DNA of 64,000 nt from Vicinamibacterales bacterium (GTDB lineage: Bacteria > Acidobacteriota > Vicinamibacteria > Vicinamibacterales > JAMQPK01). The DNA lies in contig CAWGDY010000034.1 of NCBI GenBank assembly GCA_963821395.1, positions 61,963-125,962 on the forward strand, written 5' to 3'. This document shows, piece after piece, positions 55,880 to 64,000 of this stretch. Numbering within the stretch: position 1 is the stretch's first letter; every line of letters starts with the position of its first letter. The notes under the pieces are model-generated. The model made no database searches. It worked only from the letters and a program-made list of their open reading frames with translations, and was not told where the DNA came from. The translations under genes were made by a program, and so were the position numbers.

Positions 55880-57499
55880 TCAGGCGACGGCTTCGGGTAA
55901 TGGACGCGCCCGCGCTTCCGGCGGCAGCTCCACGTACGCGCGTTCGCGGCGCCGCGCCTGTTGGAACCGTTCGAAGACGTTGCGCTGCGCCTCGAGCCCG
56001 ATCATGGATCGCAGGGTGGTTCCGGCAAAAACGTACCTGGTCATCTCGGGCCAATGCCGCAGCACGAACGATGGGCTGTGCAGGAATGCGGCGGGCAGGT
56101 GCTTCAGCTTCATCCACCGTTCCGCGCGCCATCGCATGAACTCCACCTCGGTCGCCGGCACATGTTTCGTGCGAACGACGGCGGTCGTCCCATCGTAGTG
56201 CGACATGTCTTCGTCGACGATCAGGCGGTCCTGGCGGAATTGCTGCGTCATGGGCGTGCGCGGATAGGGCGTCGGGTGCTGAATGTACGGCCAGTCCACG
56301 TACTGCCGGGCGAACTCGAGATTCGTCTCGATCGATTCGCGCGTGTCGTCGGGGTTGCCCACGATGAGCCCGCCGACGACGAAGAGGCCGTGACGATGGA
56401 GATGATCGATGGCTTCGATGGTGGCGTTCCCGCCTTGCCCGAGCCCGTGGCGCGCATTCTTCGCCCGTGCCTTGAGAAAATCGAGATCGCTCTCGAGGAT
56501 GTTCTCGATGCCAAGGAAGACGTACCGGAACCCCGCCCGCTTCATGAGCGGCGCGAGCGTCGCGCCGTGCTGCGCCAGGGGCGAGGTCATGGCCTGCACG
56601 AAATACTCGATGTCGTTCAGGCCGGCGTCGATAATCGCCTGACACAACAGTTCGAAACGCCGGATGTCGAGCGTGATGTTGTCGTCGACGAGGAAAATCG
56701 CCCGCGCACCGTGGTTGCGGGCGTCGGTAATGTCGGCGAGCACGCGATCGATGGAATAGACGTGAAAGTTGCGGCCGCGCATCTCGATGATGGAGCAGAA
56801 GCTGCAATCGTAGGTGCAGCCGCGCGACGTTTCCACGACATCCACCTGGCGGCCGAGCAGCGTGTAGCCCTCGAGGACTCGAGCCGCCCTGTTGGGAAGC
56901 CGCAACGGATCTGATTTCAGGTTCGTGATGGCCCTTTCCGGCCCGTGAACCCATCGGCCGGTGAGTGGCGGGTCTTGAAGTGCAAGACCCGCCCTACGTT
57001 CGCCGTGACTCGAGTAGGGCGGGTCTTGCTTTCCAAGACCCGCCATGCAGCGGCTCGAGAGCCCCGCGATTGACGGCAGGGGCCCGCCGGCTTCCAGTGC
57101 GCGCAGTAGATCGCAAAATGTCTGTTCGCCTTCGCCGCGGACCAGGAAATCCACGTCGTCGCACGATTCGTAGGCCGCCGGCGCGAGGCTGGGATCGTAC
57201 CCGCCCACCACAATCCGTGTCGCGGGGCTGAGGTGTTTGACGAGCCGGGCAATCTTGAAGGCGGTCGCCCGCTGAAACGTCATCACGGACATGCCGACGA
57301 CATCGGGCTGGTGCTCGCGCATCAACCGCTCGACGGTGGACACGACCCGGGACTGCGCGAGGATCAGATCGGCGATCGCGACTCGATGATGCGGGTCGAG
57401 ATTTCCGGCGATCGACGACAGCGCGCCGTTGGGCATGCGCACCACCATCGATGGCATGTGCTCGAAGGAATCGGGCATCGAGAGGAGGAGGATATTCAT
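55880..57499 (-). CDS. B12-binding-domain radical SAM protein carrying an in-frame 78-nt palindromic insertion
   Basis: N-terminal cobalamin-binding-like fold (DVVGMSVMTF..VVGGY), radical SAM CTYDCSFCS. The inserted peptide ..MAGLGKQDPPYSSHGERRAGLALQDPP.. lies between the two domains. Confidence 0.85.
   Translation of the reverse strand: MNILLLSMPDSFEHMPSMVVRMPNGALSSIAGNLDPHHRVAIADLILAQSRVVSTVERLMREHQPDVVGMSVMTFQRATAFKIARLVKHLSPATRIVVGGYDPSLAPAAYESCDDVDFLVRGEGEQTFCDLLRALEAGGPLPSIAGLSSRCMAGLGKQDPPYSSHGERRAGLALQDPPLTGRWVHGPERAITNLKSDPLRLPNRAARVLEGYTLLGRQVDVVETSRGCTYDCSFCSIIEMRGRNFHVYSIDRVLADITDARNHGARAIFLVDDNITLDIRRFELLCQAIIDAGLNDIEYFVQAMTSPLAQHGATLAPLMKRAGFRYVFLGIENILESDLDFLKARAKNARHGLGQGGNATIEAIDHLHRHGLFVVGGLIVGNPDDTRESIETNLEFARQYVDWPYIQHPTPYPRTPMTQQFRQDRLIVDEDMSHYDGTTAVVRTKHVPATEVEFMRWRAERWMKLKHLPAAFLHSPSFVLRHWPEMTRYVFAGTTLRSMIGLEAQRNVFERFQQARRRERAYVELPPEARARPLPEAVA
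56967..57044. repeat. intragenic double-hairpin palindromic element (78 nt, in frame)
   Basis: GGCGGGTCTTG-aagtg-CAAGACCCGCC CTAC gttcgccgtgactcga GTAG GGCGGGTCTTG-ctttc-CAAGACCCGCC. Confidence 0.8.
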
Positions 57500-57524
57500 G
57501 CGCGTTCGCGCCTCCTTGCAGATA

Positions 57525-58337
57525 CTAGCGCTTCGAGTCCGGCCAGGCCGGGCTGGTGAGCTCGATCCGCCAGATCGGCCCGCCGTAAAACAGAGGGCCT
57601 TCAGATTTCACGAACGCCGGTGCGGGGCCCTCGAGAATCCAGATGTGCGTATCGGGCGGCTGCTTGCCGACCAGCGGCGCCAGGAATCCGGCGAGGCCTC
57701 CGATCTCGGCCTTGAGGACATAGTGTGTGGCGCGGCGGCTGGAACCTGCAATCGAAAACGACTCGGCTCCCGCATCGGTGATCGCCAGCTTCACCGGGCG
57801 AGGATCCGGAGTAGCTGCCACGAACGATGCGCTGGCTGCAGTCGTTTTGGCGCCGAGGTTCTTCAGCACCGGGATGACCATGCCGTTGGCGACATCGGGC
57901 GCCAGGTCGAGCTTGCTGTTCTCGACTTCGTCTTCGTCGCCTTTCTCGCGGTGGCGCACCACCACCTGGCCGGTCTCCGTATTCATCGTCATGTCGAGCG
58001 TCCAGCGGAATGACGGTCCACGCTGCACCAGGTGATAGCTCACAAGACGAAGCACGTCGTTCTGGGAGAATACGGTGGTCTCGTCATGCAGCGAACCGTC
58101 CGAGAAACGGAAGATCACCTGGCTGGTGACGCGCCCGCCGCGAACGTTCTGAATCAGATCGCCGCTGGCCAGGGTCTTGCCGTCGAGGCCCTTGAGGACG
58201 AGGAACCCGTGGGCGAGACCTTCGGGGAAACGCACGGCAACGGGTTCGGCGCGCAGGAACGCCTGACAGGCCACTAACAGGCACATCACCCATCGCGCGC
58301 GCGACACAAATCTCCGCCGCATGGTCCCTCGTGGCAT
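57525..58337 (-). CDS. hypothetical secreted protein
   Basis: Signal RARWVMCLLVACQAFLRA/EP; 270 aa with good coding composition; no family recognised. Confidence 0.6.
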   Translation of the reverse strand: MPRGTMRRRFVSRARWVMCLLVACQAFLRAEPVAVRFPEGLAHGFLVLKGLDGKTLASGDLIQNVRGGRVTSQVIFRFSDGSLHDETTVFSQNDVLRLVSYHLVQRGPSFRWTLDMTMNTETGQVVVRHREKGDEDEVENSKLDLAPDVANGMVIPVLKNLGAKTTAASASFVAATPDPRPVKLAITDAGAESFSIAGSSRRATHYVLKAEIGGLAGFLAPLVGKQPPDTHIWILEGPAPAFVKSEGPLFYGGPIWRIELTSPAWPDSKR

Positions 58338-59839
58338 TCTACCGCCCCGCCGATTTCCAAACCACCGCGACCCGAGCGATCGGACACACTCTTGGTCCGG
58401 AACGTCGAGGCGGCACAGAATGTGCCGTGCAGGTCACCGTCGTCGATCTCCTTGCCCCGGTCGTCGGTGCGCTGTTCATTGCCATCGGCGCGTCTGCAGG
58501 CGCGATGGCGCTGAGTGCGCGCCCGCGCATCAATCGAACGGCTGGATGGTTCGCCGTGTTTTGCGCGATGTATGGCGCGCGTCTTCTTGCAGACGCAGAA
58601 CTCGTGCGAGCCGTCACTCCATGGACGGACAAGACCTTTGCGCATATCGTCGCCTCGATTACCTACACGATTCTCGTGCCCGCGACGCTATTCGTCGAGT
58701 CGCTCGTGGGTCCGGGCAGGTACGCGATCCTCCACCGCACCTGGCAGTTGCTCGTCATCTGCGCCGTTGGTGCCATTCTCACGGAGCTTGTCTGGGGTCG
58801 TCCGTACGCCGCCATCGCCCTCAACACGGCGCTCGTCATCATTGCGGTCGTGGTCTGGTTCGGGCATCTTGCGGTGTTTGCGAGAGAGCGACGGTGGTCG
58901 CGGGAAGTGCGTGCGATCGTGGTGGCTGGCGCCTTGCCGGCATTCACGGCCATCTACGAAACGGTGACCGATCGCGGGCTTTTCGGACCTGTCGAAGCAG
59001 AGCCTCTGGCCATCCTTGTGTTTTCCGCCACGCTCGGGTGGTTCGTTCTGACGCGCGCCCGGGAACAGGAGTCGAACTACGCGGCGCTGTCGCGAGAGCT
59101 TGACCTGGCTCGAACGATCCAGCAGTCGCTCTTACCGCGGAACATGCCCGACGTGCCTGGATTGCGCTTCACGGGTGCGTATCTGCCGATGAGCGCCGTG
59201 GCCGGCGATTTCTACGAGATTCTTCCGCGGGCGAACGGCCGCGTCCTGGTGATCGTGGCCGACGTCTCCGGGCACGGAGTCCCCGCAGCGCTCATCGCGT
59301 CGATGGTGAAAGTCGCGGTCGCTGCGGAAGCGGACCGCTACGACACGCCAGGGGAGATTTTGACGGGCATCAACCGCGCGCTGACGGGAAAGTTCGACCA
59401 GGCGTACGTCACGGCCTGCGGCGTTGTGATCGATTCCGGATCGTCAACCCTCCTGTATGCTCTGGCCGGGCATCCGCCGCCGCTGTTGATACGCGCCGAC
59501 GGCCGGATTGAATCGCTCGATCGTGGAGGCACGATCCTGACCTTCTCGGCGACCACTGCCTACGAAACGTCCGAGGCGGTGTTCCAGAGGGGCGATCGGC
59601 TCCTCATGTATACAGACGGTCTCACGGAAGCACGGGGCGCCGGGCGAGACGAGTTCTTCGGCGATGCAGAGCTTCCACGGGTGCTGACTTCCACGCCTGC
59701 GTCGGCGGATCTTCTGGACGCCATCCTCAAGTCGCATCGACGCTGGATCGGTGACGAGGCGCCGCTCTCGGACGACATCTCGGTCGTCCTCGTCGAGCGC
59801 GTCCCATTACAATTGACCAAACGGGAGCCACTGAGCTGA
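58331..59839 (+). CDS. membrane-bound PP2C/SpoIIE-family serine phosphatase
   Basis: About 6 N-terminal TM helices, then ARTIQQSLLP..AGDFYEI..IVADVSGHGVPAALIAS..LLMYTDGLTEAR. The start is uncertain (it overlaps the divergent gene). Confidence 0.85.
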   Translation: MAFYRPADFQTTATRAIGHTLGPERRGGTECAVQVTVVDLLAPVVGALFIAIGASAGAMALSARPRINRTAGWFAVFCAMYGARLLADAELVRAVTPWTDKTFAHIVASITYTILVPATLFVESLVGPGRYAILHRTWQLLVICAVGAILTELVWGRPYAAIALNTALVIIAVVVWFGHLAVFARERRWSREVRAIVVAGALPAFTAIYETVTDRGLFGPVEAEPLAILVFSATLGWFVLTRAREQESNYAALSRELDLARTIQQSLLPRNMPDVPGLRFTGAYLPMSAVAGDFYEILPRANGRVLVIVADVSGHGVPAALIASMVKVAVAAEADRYDTPGEILTGINRALTGKFDQAYVTACGVVIDSGSSTLLYALAGHPPPLLIRADGRIESLDRGGTILTFSATTAYETSEAVFQRGDRLLMYTDGLTEARGAGRDEFFGDAELPRVLTSTPASADLLDAILKSHRRWIGDEAPLSDDISVVLVERVPLQLTKREPLS

Positions 59840-60633
59840 TGACCGACGCTGTCAGACACGCGCTGAACGGGAAGGTCGCAATCGTGACGGGCGCAAGCCG
59901 TGGCATCGGAAGGGCGATCGCGTTGAAGCTGGCCGCACAGGGAGCCGTGACGGTTCTCTGCGCGCGTAACGCCGAGACGCTGCAGTCCGTTGTTCGCGAG
60001 ATTACTTCCGGTGGGGGACAGGGCGACGCGATTGCGCTCGATCTGCGCGCTCCGGAAGCTCCGGCGCTCCTGGTGGCCTTCGCGCTGGACAGGTTCAAGA
60101 CAGTCGACATCGTCGTCAACAACGCGGGCGCCACCAAGCGCGGCGACTTTCTGTCGCTCACCGACGACGACTTTCTCGACGGGTTCGCGCTGAAATATTT
60201 CGGAGCGGTCCGTCTGGTTCGCGCCGCATGGCCCCACCTGAAGGCGACGAAAGGATCGATCCTGAACATCGCGGGCATCGGCGGGCGCACGCCCGGTCCC
60301 GCGTTCACAATCGGTGGATCGGTCAACGCCGCGCTGCTGTCGTTCACGAAGGCGCTTGCCGCGATGGGTGTGGCCGATGGCGTGCAGGTGAACGCCATCA
60401 ATCCTGGCTCGATTCGAACGGATCGCCTGAAAAAGCGGCTGGCCGATCTCGCATCACGAGACGGCACCGGGTTGCTCTCGGCCGAGCATCGATTCGTCAC
60501 GGCAGAGCAGGTGACGCGCATCGGGGAACCCGCCGATATCGCCAACCTCTCGGCGTTCATCGTCGGACCGGAAGGCCGCTACCTTCACGGCGCGCTCATC
60601 GATATGGACGGCGGGGCCATGAAATCGATCTAG
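59839..60633 (+). CDS. SDR-family oxidoreductase (FabG-like)
   Basis: VTGASRGIGRAIA; NNAG; the ATG overlaps the previous stop by 1 nt. Confidence 0.9.
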   Translation: MTDAVRHALNGKVAIVTGASRGIGRAIALKLAAQGAVTVLCARNAETLQSVVREITSGGGQGDAIALDLRAPEAPALLVAFALDRFKTVDIVVNNAGATKRGDFLSLTDDDFLDGFALKYFGAVRLVRAAWPHLKATKGSILNIAGIGGRTPGPAFTIGGSVNAALLSFTKALAAMGVADGVQVNAINPGSIRTDRLKKRLADLASRDGTGLLSAEHRFVTAEQVTRIGEPADIANLSAFIVGPEGRYLHGALIDMDGGAMKSI

Positions 60634-60686
60634 ACGAGATGCCGGGTGCGGCTGACGGACGAATGTAATATGCTCGGCCGCACACC

Positions 60687-62225
60687 GTGCCGGACGCCAT
60701 TGTCCCCATCGCCCTGATGCTCACCGCCGGACTTGTGGCGGCCCTATCCCTGAGAGAGCGCATCATCAATCGCCGGCTGTCGAGCGATATTCGAGTCGCG
60801 CATCAGCGCCTTCGTCTCGCCCTCGAGGCGGGCAAGGCCGTCGCGTGGGACTGGGACGTCAAGAGCGGCCGCGACACCTGGTTCGGCGATCTGAAGACGA
60901 TGTTCGGCATCCCGGGCGACCTCTACGAGGGAAGGGTCGAGGATTTCCACGCGCGTGTCCATCCCGACGATCGGGAGCGCGTGGGGCAGGCCGTGGCGGC
61001 CGCCAGGCGCGATCGCGCGATGTACAACGCGACGTTCCGCGTGCGCTGGCAGGACGGAACGGTGCGCTGGGCCGCGGCGCACGGGCGGTTCTACTACGGC
61101 GCCGACGGCGAGCCGGTTCGCATGCTGGGCATCGCCGAAGACGTGACCGAACGCACGCGTGCCGAGGCAGCGCGAAGAGAGACCGAAGCGCGGTTTCAGT
61201 TGATGGCCGACGGGGCGCCCGTGTTCATCTGGCTATCGGATTCCGACAGGCGCCGCACCTACGTCAATCGCCCGTACCTCGAATTTACCGGCGGAGCGCT
61301 GGAGACGGAACTGGGCAGCGGCTGGACCGAGAGTGTGCACCCTGAGGACGTGAAGCACTGCGTGATGACGTACGCCCGGGCGTTCGACCGGCGCCGATCG
61401 TTCAGGATGGAGTACAGACTGCGACGGCACGATGGCGTCTATCGCTGGTTGCTCGACACCGGTGTGCCGCGATTGTCGGCAGACGGAGAATTCGCCGGCT
61501 ACATCGGTTCCTGTGTCGACGTCACGGAAGAGAAGCTGGCCAAGGAAGCGCTCTCGCGTCTGAGCCGCAGGCTGATGGAATCCCAGGAATCGGAACGTAT
61601 CGGGCTGGCCCGGGCGCTGCACGACGACCTGGCTCAACGCATGGCGCTCCTGACCATCGAGCTGGAAACACTCAGCCAGGTGTTGCCTCGCCCCAGCCAG
61701 TCCGACGACGTGCGCACCAGGTTTCGGGCGTTGAACACTCACGCCGTCGAATTGGGACGGGACATTCAGGCCATTTCTCAGCGGTTGCACTCGTTCAAGC
61801 TGGAGTATCTCGGCATCGCGGTAGCGGTCGAGGGTTTCTGCCGGGACGTCTGCAAGCAGGAACACGTGGAGATCGAGTTCAAGTCGTCGGGCATTGCCGA
61901 TGACCTGCCGAAGGATGTCGGACTCTGCCTCCTCCGCGTGCTCGAGGAGGCGCTGGCCAACGCCGTCAGACATGCCCGTGTGGGGCACTTCAAGGTCCTG
62001 CTGCGCGGGACCCGCGACGAGATCCAGCTCGAGGTCATCGATCGCGGCGTCGGCTTCGATCTGGATGAGGCGATGGGCAGCCACGGCCTGGGCATGACGA
62101 GCATGCGCGAGAGGCTGCGCCTTGTGAACGGCGCCATGGCGGTCGAATCGAGACCGGGCGCGGGAACGACCGTGCGCGCCCGCGTACCGCTGCGCTCTCC
62201 CGGTCGCGACGTCGTGCTGCACTAG
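60687..62225 (+). CDS. PAS-domain sensor histidine kinase (HisKA_3 / NarL-partner type), no adjacent response regulator
   Basis: One TM helix, two PAS-like repeats (..YRVRWQDGTVRW.., ..YRLRRHDGVYRW..), ESERIGLARALHDDLAQ, C-terminal HATPase (GLGMTSMRERL). Confidence 0.85.
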   Translation: MPDAIVPIALMLTAGLVAALSLRERIINRRLSSDIRVAHQRLRLALEAGKAVAWDWDVKSGRDTWFGDLKTMFGIPGDLYEGRVEDFHARVHPDDRERVGQAVAAARRDRAMYNATFRVRWQDGTVRWAAAHGRFYYGADGEPVRMLGIAEDVTERTRAEAARRETEARFQLMADGAPVFIWLSDSDRRRTYVNRPYLEFTGGALETELGSGWTESVHPEDVKHCVMTYARAFDRRRSFRMEYRLRRHDGVYRWLLDTGVPRLSADGEFAGYIGSCVDVTEEKLAKEALSRLSRRLMESQESERIGLARALHDDLAQRMALLTIELETLSQVLPRPSQSDDVRTRFRALNTHAVELGRDIQAISQRLHSFKLEYLGIAVAVEGFCRDVCKQEHVEIEFKSSGIADDLPKDVGLCLLRVLEEALANAVRHARVGHFKVLLRGTRDEIQLEVIDRGVGFDLDEAMGSHGLGMTSMRERLRLVNGAMAVESRPGAGTTVRARVPLRSPGRDVVLH

Positions 62226-62231
62226 AAAGGC

Positions 62232-62316
62232 AGTTTTCAGTTCTCAGTGGTCAGTCCTCAGTCTGAAGCCCACTGAAAACTGACGACTGAGAACTGACAA
62301 CTGAGAACTGACAACG
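62232..62316. repeat. periodic-arm hairpin (CTCAGT / ACTGAG units)
   Basis: 62238-62265 versus 62283-62310 is complementary at 25 of 28 positions by hand alignment. Confidence 0.75.
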
Positions 62317-62376
62317 ACCCGCCTTCCCCCACCCCCAACTTGCCGTCTCCGAGTCCCGGCGGCAGAATGACGGTCG

Positions 62377-63699
62377 ATGCGACGCATGCTGCTGGCCGTA
62401 ATGCTCGTCGCGGGGCCGGTGCTTTCCGTGTGCGCGAACGCGCAGACCTTCTTCTATACCGAGGTCGCAAAAGATGGTCGTCTTTACGTGTTTGCCGTCG
62501 CGTCGAGACATGACGCGTTCGTGAAGAGCGGCGGTGTGGAGACAGGGCCGGTCATCACGCGCCCCGGTTACGGCACGAACGGCGAAACGGTGGTGTTCGA
62601 CAGCGCGGATGCCGTCAACCTGTACAACTTCAAGCACGGGCTGCCGGGCGAGTCCTTCCCCGCGCCGGAGGAATCCTCCAAGTCCCAGTTCCCTGCCGGG
62701 AAGATCAGCGGTCTCATGTTCGGGGACTATTACTGGTATTACAGACGGCATCAGGATCAGGCGAGCAGTACCAACCCCACGTCCGTCGAGGGACAGCACG
62801 GGTTGTGGTTCAGGCGCATCTACTTCACCTACGACCTCGCGTTCAACGAGAGACTCAGCACGCGCTTCCGGCTCGAGATGAACAGCAACGGCGATTTCGA
62901 GGACAGCAATCTCGTGCCGTACGTCAAGGACGCCTCGCTGCGGTGGAAGTATGTTCGAGACCATCACGTGACGCTCGGCATCCAGCCTTCGCTGACGTTC
63001 GACTGGCTCGATGAATTCTGGGGCCTCCGCCACATCGAGAAGACACCGGCGGATTTGTATCGCCTGGATTCGTCGCGTGACTTCGGCGTCGCGGTCGGTG
63101 GTCCTGTCGCCGCCGGCGTGACCTACGCGGTGCAGCTCGGCAACGAATCCGGCACCGGGTCCGAAGCGCAGGAAGGCAAGATTCTGCGCCTCGAAGGCCG
63201 ATACGAACGGCCTCGCGTCGCGCTCGAGGGCTTCTACAGCTTCGGCACGCGGCCCGATGGTGAAGATCGTCACACCGCACAGACGATCGCGGGCGTGCAC
63301 GGCAAGGCCGGGCGCGCGGGTGGTCAATATCTGTGGCAGGCGCGCAGGTCGGGCGAGAACGATGCGCCCGATCAGACGATCGGCATCTGGTCCGGTTTCG
63401 CCGTGTGGGATGTGCGGCCGAAGAAGGCCGATCTGTTTTTTCGCATCGACGGCGTTGCGGGCCATCGCGGCGGTGTCGAGACTGGACTGCCAGGCGCCGA
63501 CGAGATCGACTACCTGCTCTTGAGCCCGCAATCAAAGTTCACGATGTGGATATTCGGCGGTGAGGTGTACCTGCATCCGGCGGTGCGTTTCAGCCCCAAT
63601 CTCGAGCTGGTGAAGTACGCCAGCGATCCCGATCCCGTGAATTTCCCTGGACGCGACCGGGATTCGATCGCCCGCCTCACGTTCTTCTGGACGTTCTAG
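62377..63699 (+). CDS. outer-membrane beta-barrel (porin-like) protein
   Basis: Signal MLVAGPVLSVCANA/QT, strand-rich sequence, C-terminal ..RLTFFWTF. Confidence 0.65.
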   Translation: MRRMLLAVMLVAGPVLSVCANAQTFFYTEVAKDGRLYVFAVASRHDAFVKSGGVETGPVITRPGYGTNGETVVFDSADAVNLYNFKHGLPGESFPAPEESSKSQFPAGKISGLMFGDYYWYYRRHQDQASSTNPTSVEGQHGLWFRRIYFTYDLAFNERLSTRFRLEMNSNGDFEDSNLVPYVKDASLRWKYVRDHHVTLGIQPSLTFDWLDEFWGLRHIEKTPADLYRLDSSRDFGVAVGGPVAAGVTYAVQLGNESGTGSEAQEGKILRLEGRYERPRVALEGFYSFGTRPDGEDRHTAQTIAGVHGKAGRAGGQYLWQARRSGENDAPDQTIGIWSGFAVWDVRPKKADLFFRIDGVAGHRGGVETGLPGADEIDYLLLSPQSKFTMWIFGGEVYLHPAVRFSPNLELVKYASDPDPVNFPGRDRDSIARLTFFWTF

Positions 63700-63711
63700 A
63701 GGAATCTGCCC

Positions 63712-64000
63712 GTGAGCCCCAATCCCTCGAGACCCGCGAATCAGACTGGATGGACGCGCTGGCTTCCAGGGCTGCAGACTCTCAAGGGGTACGAATCGTC
63801 GTGGCTGCGTCACGACATCGTGGCCGGGCTCGTGATGACCACCATGCTCGTCCCGGTCGGCATCGCGTACGCCGAGGCGTCGGGCGTGCCGGGCATCAAC
63901 GGGCTCTACGCGACGATCGTCCCGCTTCTCGCGTACGCCATCTTCGGTCCGAGCCGGATTCTGGTGCTGGGTCCGGACTCGGCGCTCGCGGCCGTGATTC
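63712..64000 (+). CDS. SulP-family anion transporter, 5' part (runs off the right edge)
   Basis: GTG at 63712: ..LKGYESSWLRHDIVAGLVMTTMLVPVGIAYAEASGVPGINGLYATIVPLLAYAIFGPSRILVLGPDSA. Confidence 0.8.
   Translation, partial: MSPNPSRPANQTGWTRWLPGLQTLKGYESSWLRHDIVAGLVMTTMLVPVGIAYAEASGVPGINGLYATIVPLLAYAIFGPSRILVLGPDSALAAVI

Overview
High-GC (~65-67% by eye) bacterial chromosomal segment with about 60 protein genes on both strands. I found no rRNA, tRNA, CRISPR array, transposase, integrase or phage genes. Content is housekeeping and envelope: ferredoxin-nuoB-nuoI, ECF sigma/anti-sigma with TlpA-like and CusF-SCO1 proteins, citramalate synthase, glutamate dehydrogenase, a molybdopterin oxidoreductase, glycolate oxidase glcF/E/D, Kef, KdgT, a GT39 glycosyltransferase, a porin-CotH-phosphoesterase trio, rhomboid, Ogt, a B12-radical SAM enzyme, SpoIIE phosphatase, a PAS histidine kinase and two RRM RNA-binding proteins. 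The gene set suggests an Acidobacteriota-like soil bacterium, which is inference only. The most unusual signal is non-genic. (1) Nearly every gene-end spacer holds a long hairpin whose two arms are degenerate tandem arrays of 6-9-nt units, and the units fall into a few families. (2) G-quadruplex-type 7-mer arrays (TAGGGAT, GGGCTGA) sit on the sense strand next to stop or start codons. (3) Palindromic elements are inserted in frame inside two coding genes (78 nt and 84 nt), in the manner of Rickettsia palindromic elements. (4) One hairpin appears split by about 1 kb of decayed sequence. Two dispersed REP-like families are also present. At least 11 conserved genes carry single-nucleotide frameshifts, almost all +1 insertions, so the assembly looks indel-prone or the locus is decaying; all ORF boundaries should be read with that caveat. 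Several ORFs also run through stop-free repeat spacers, producing apparent fusions or tails.
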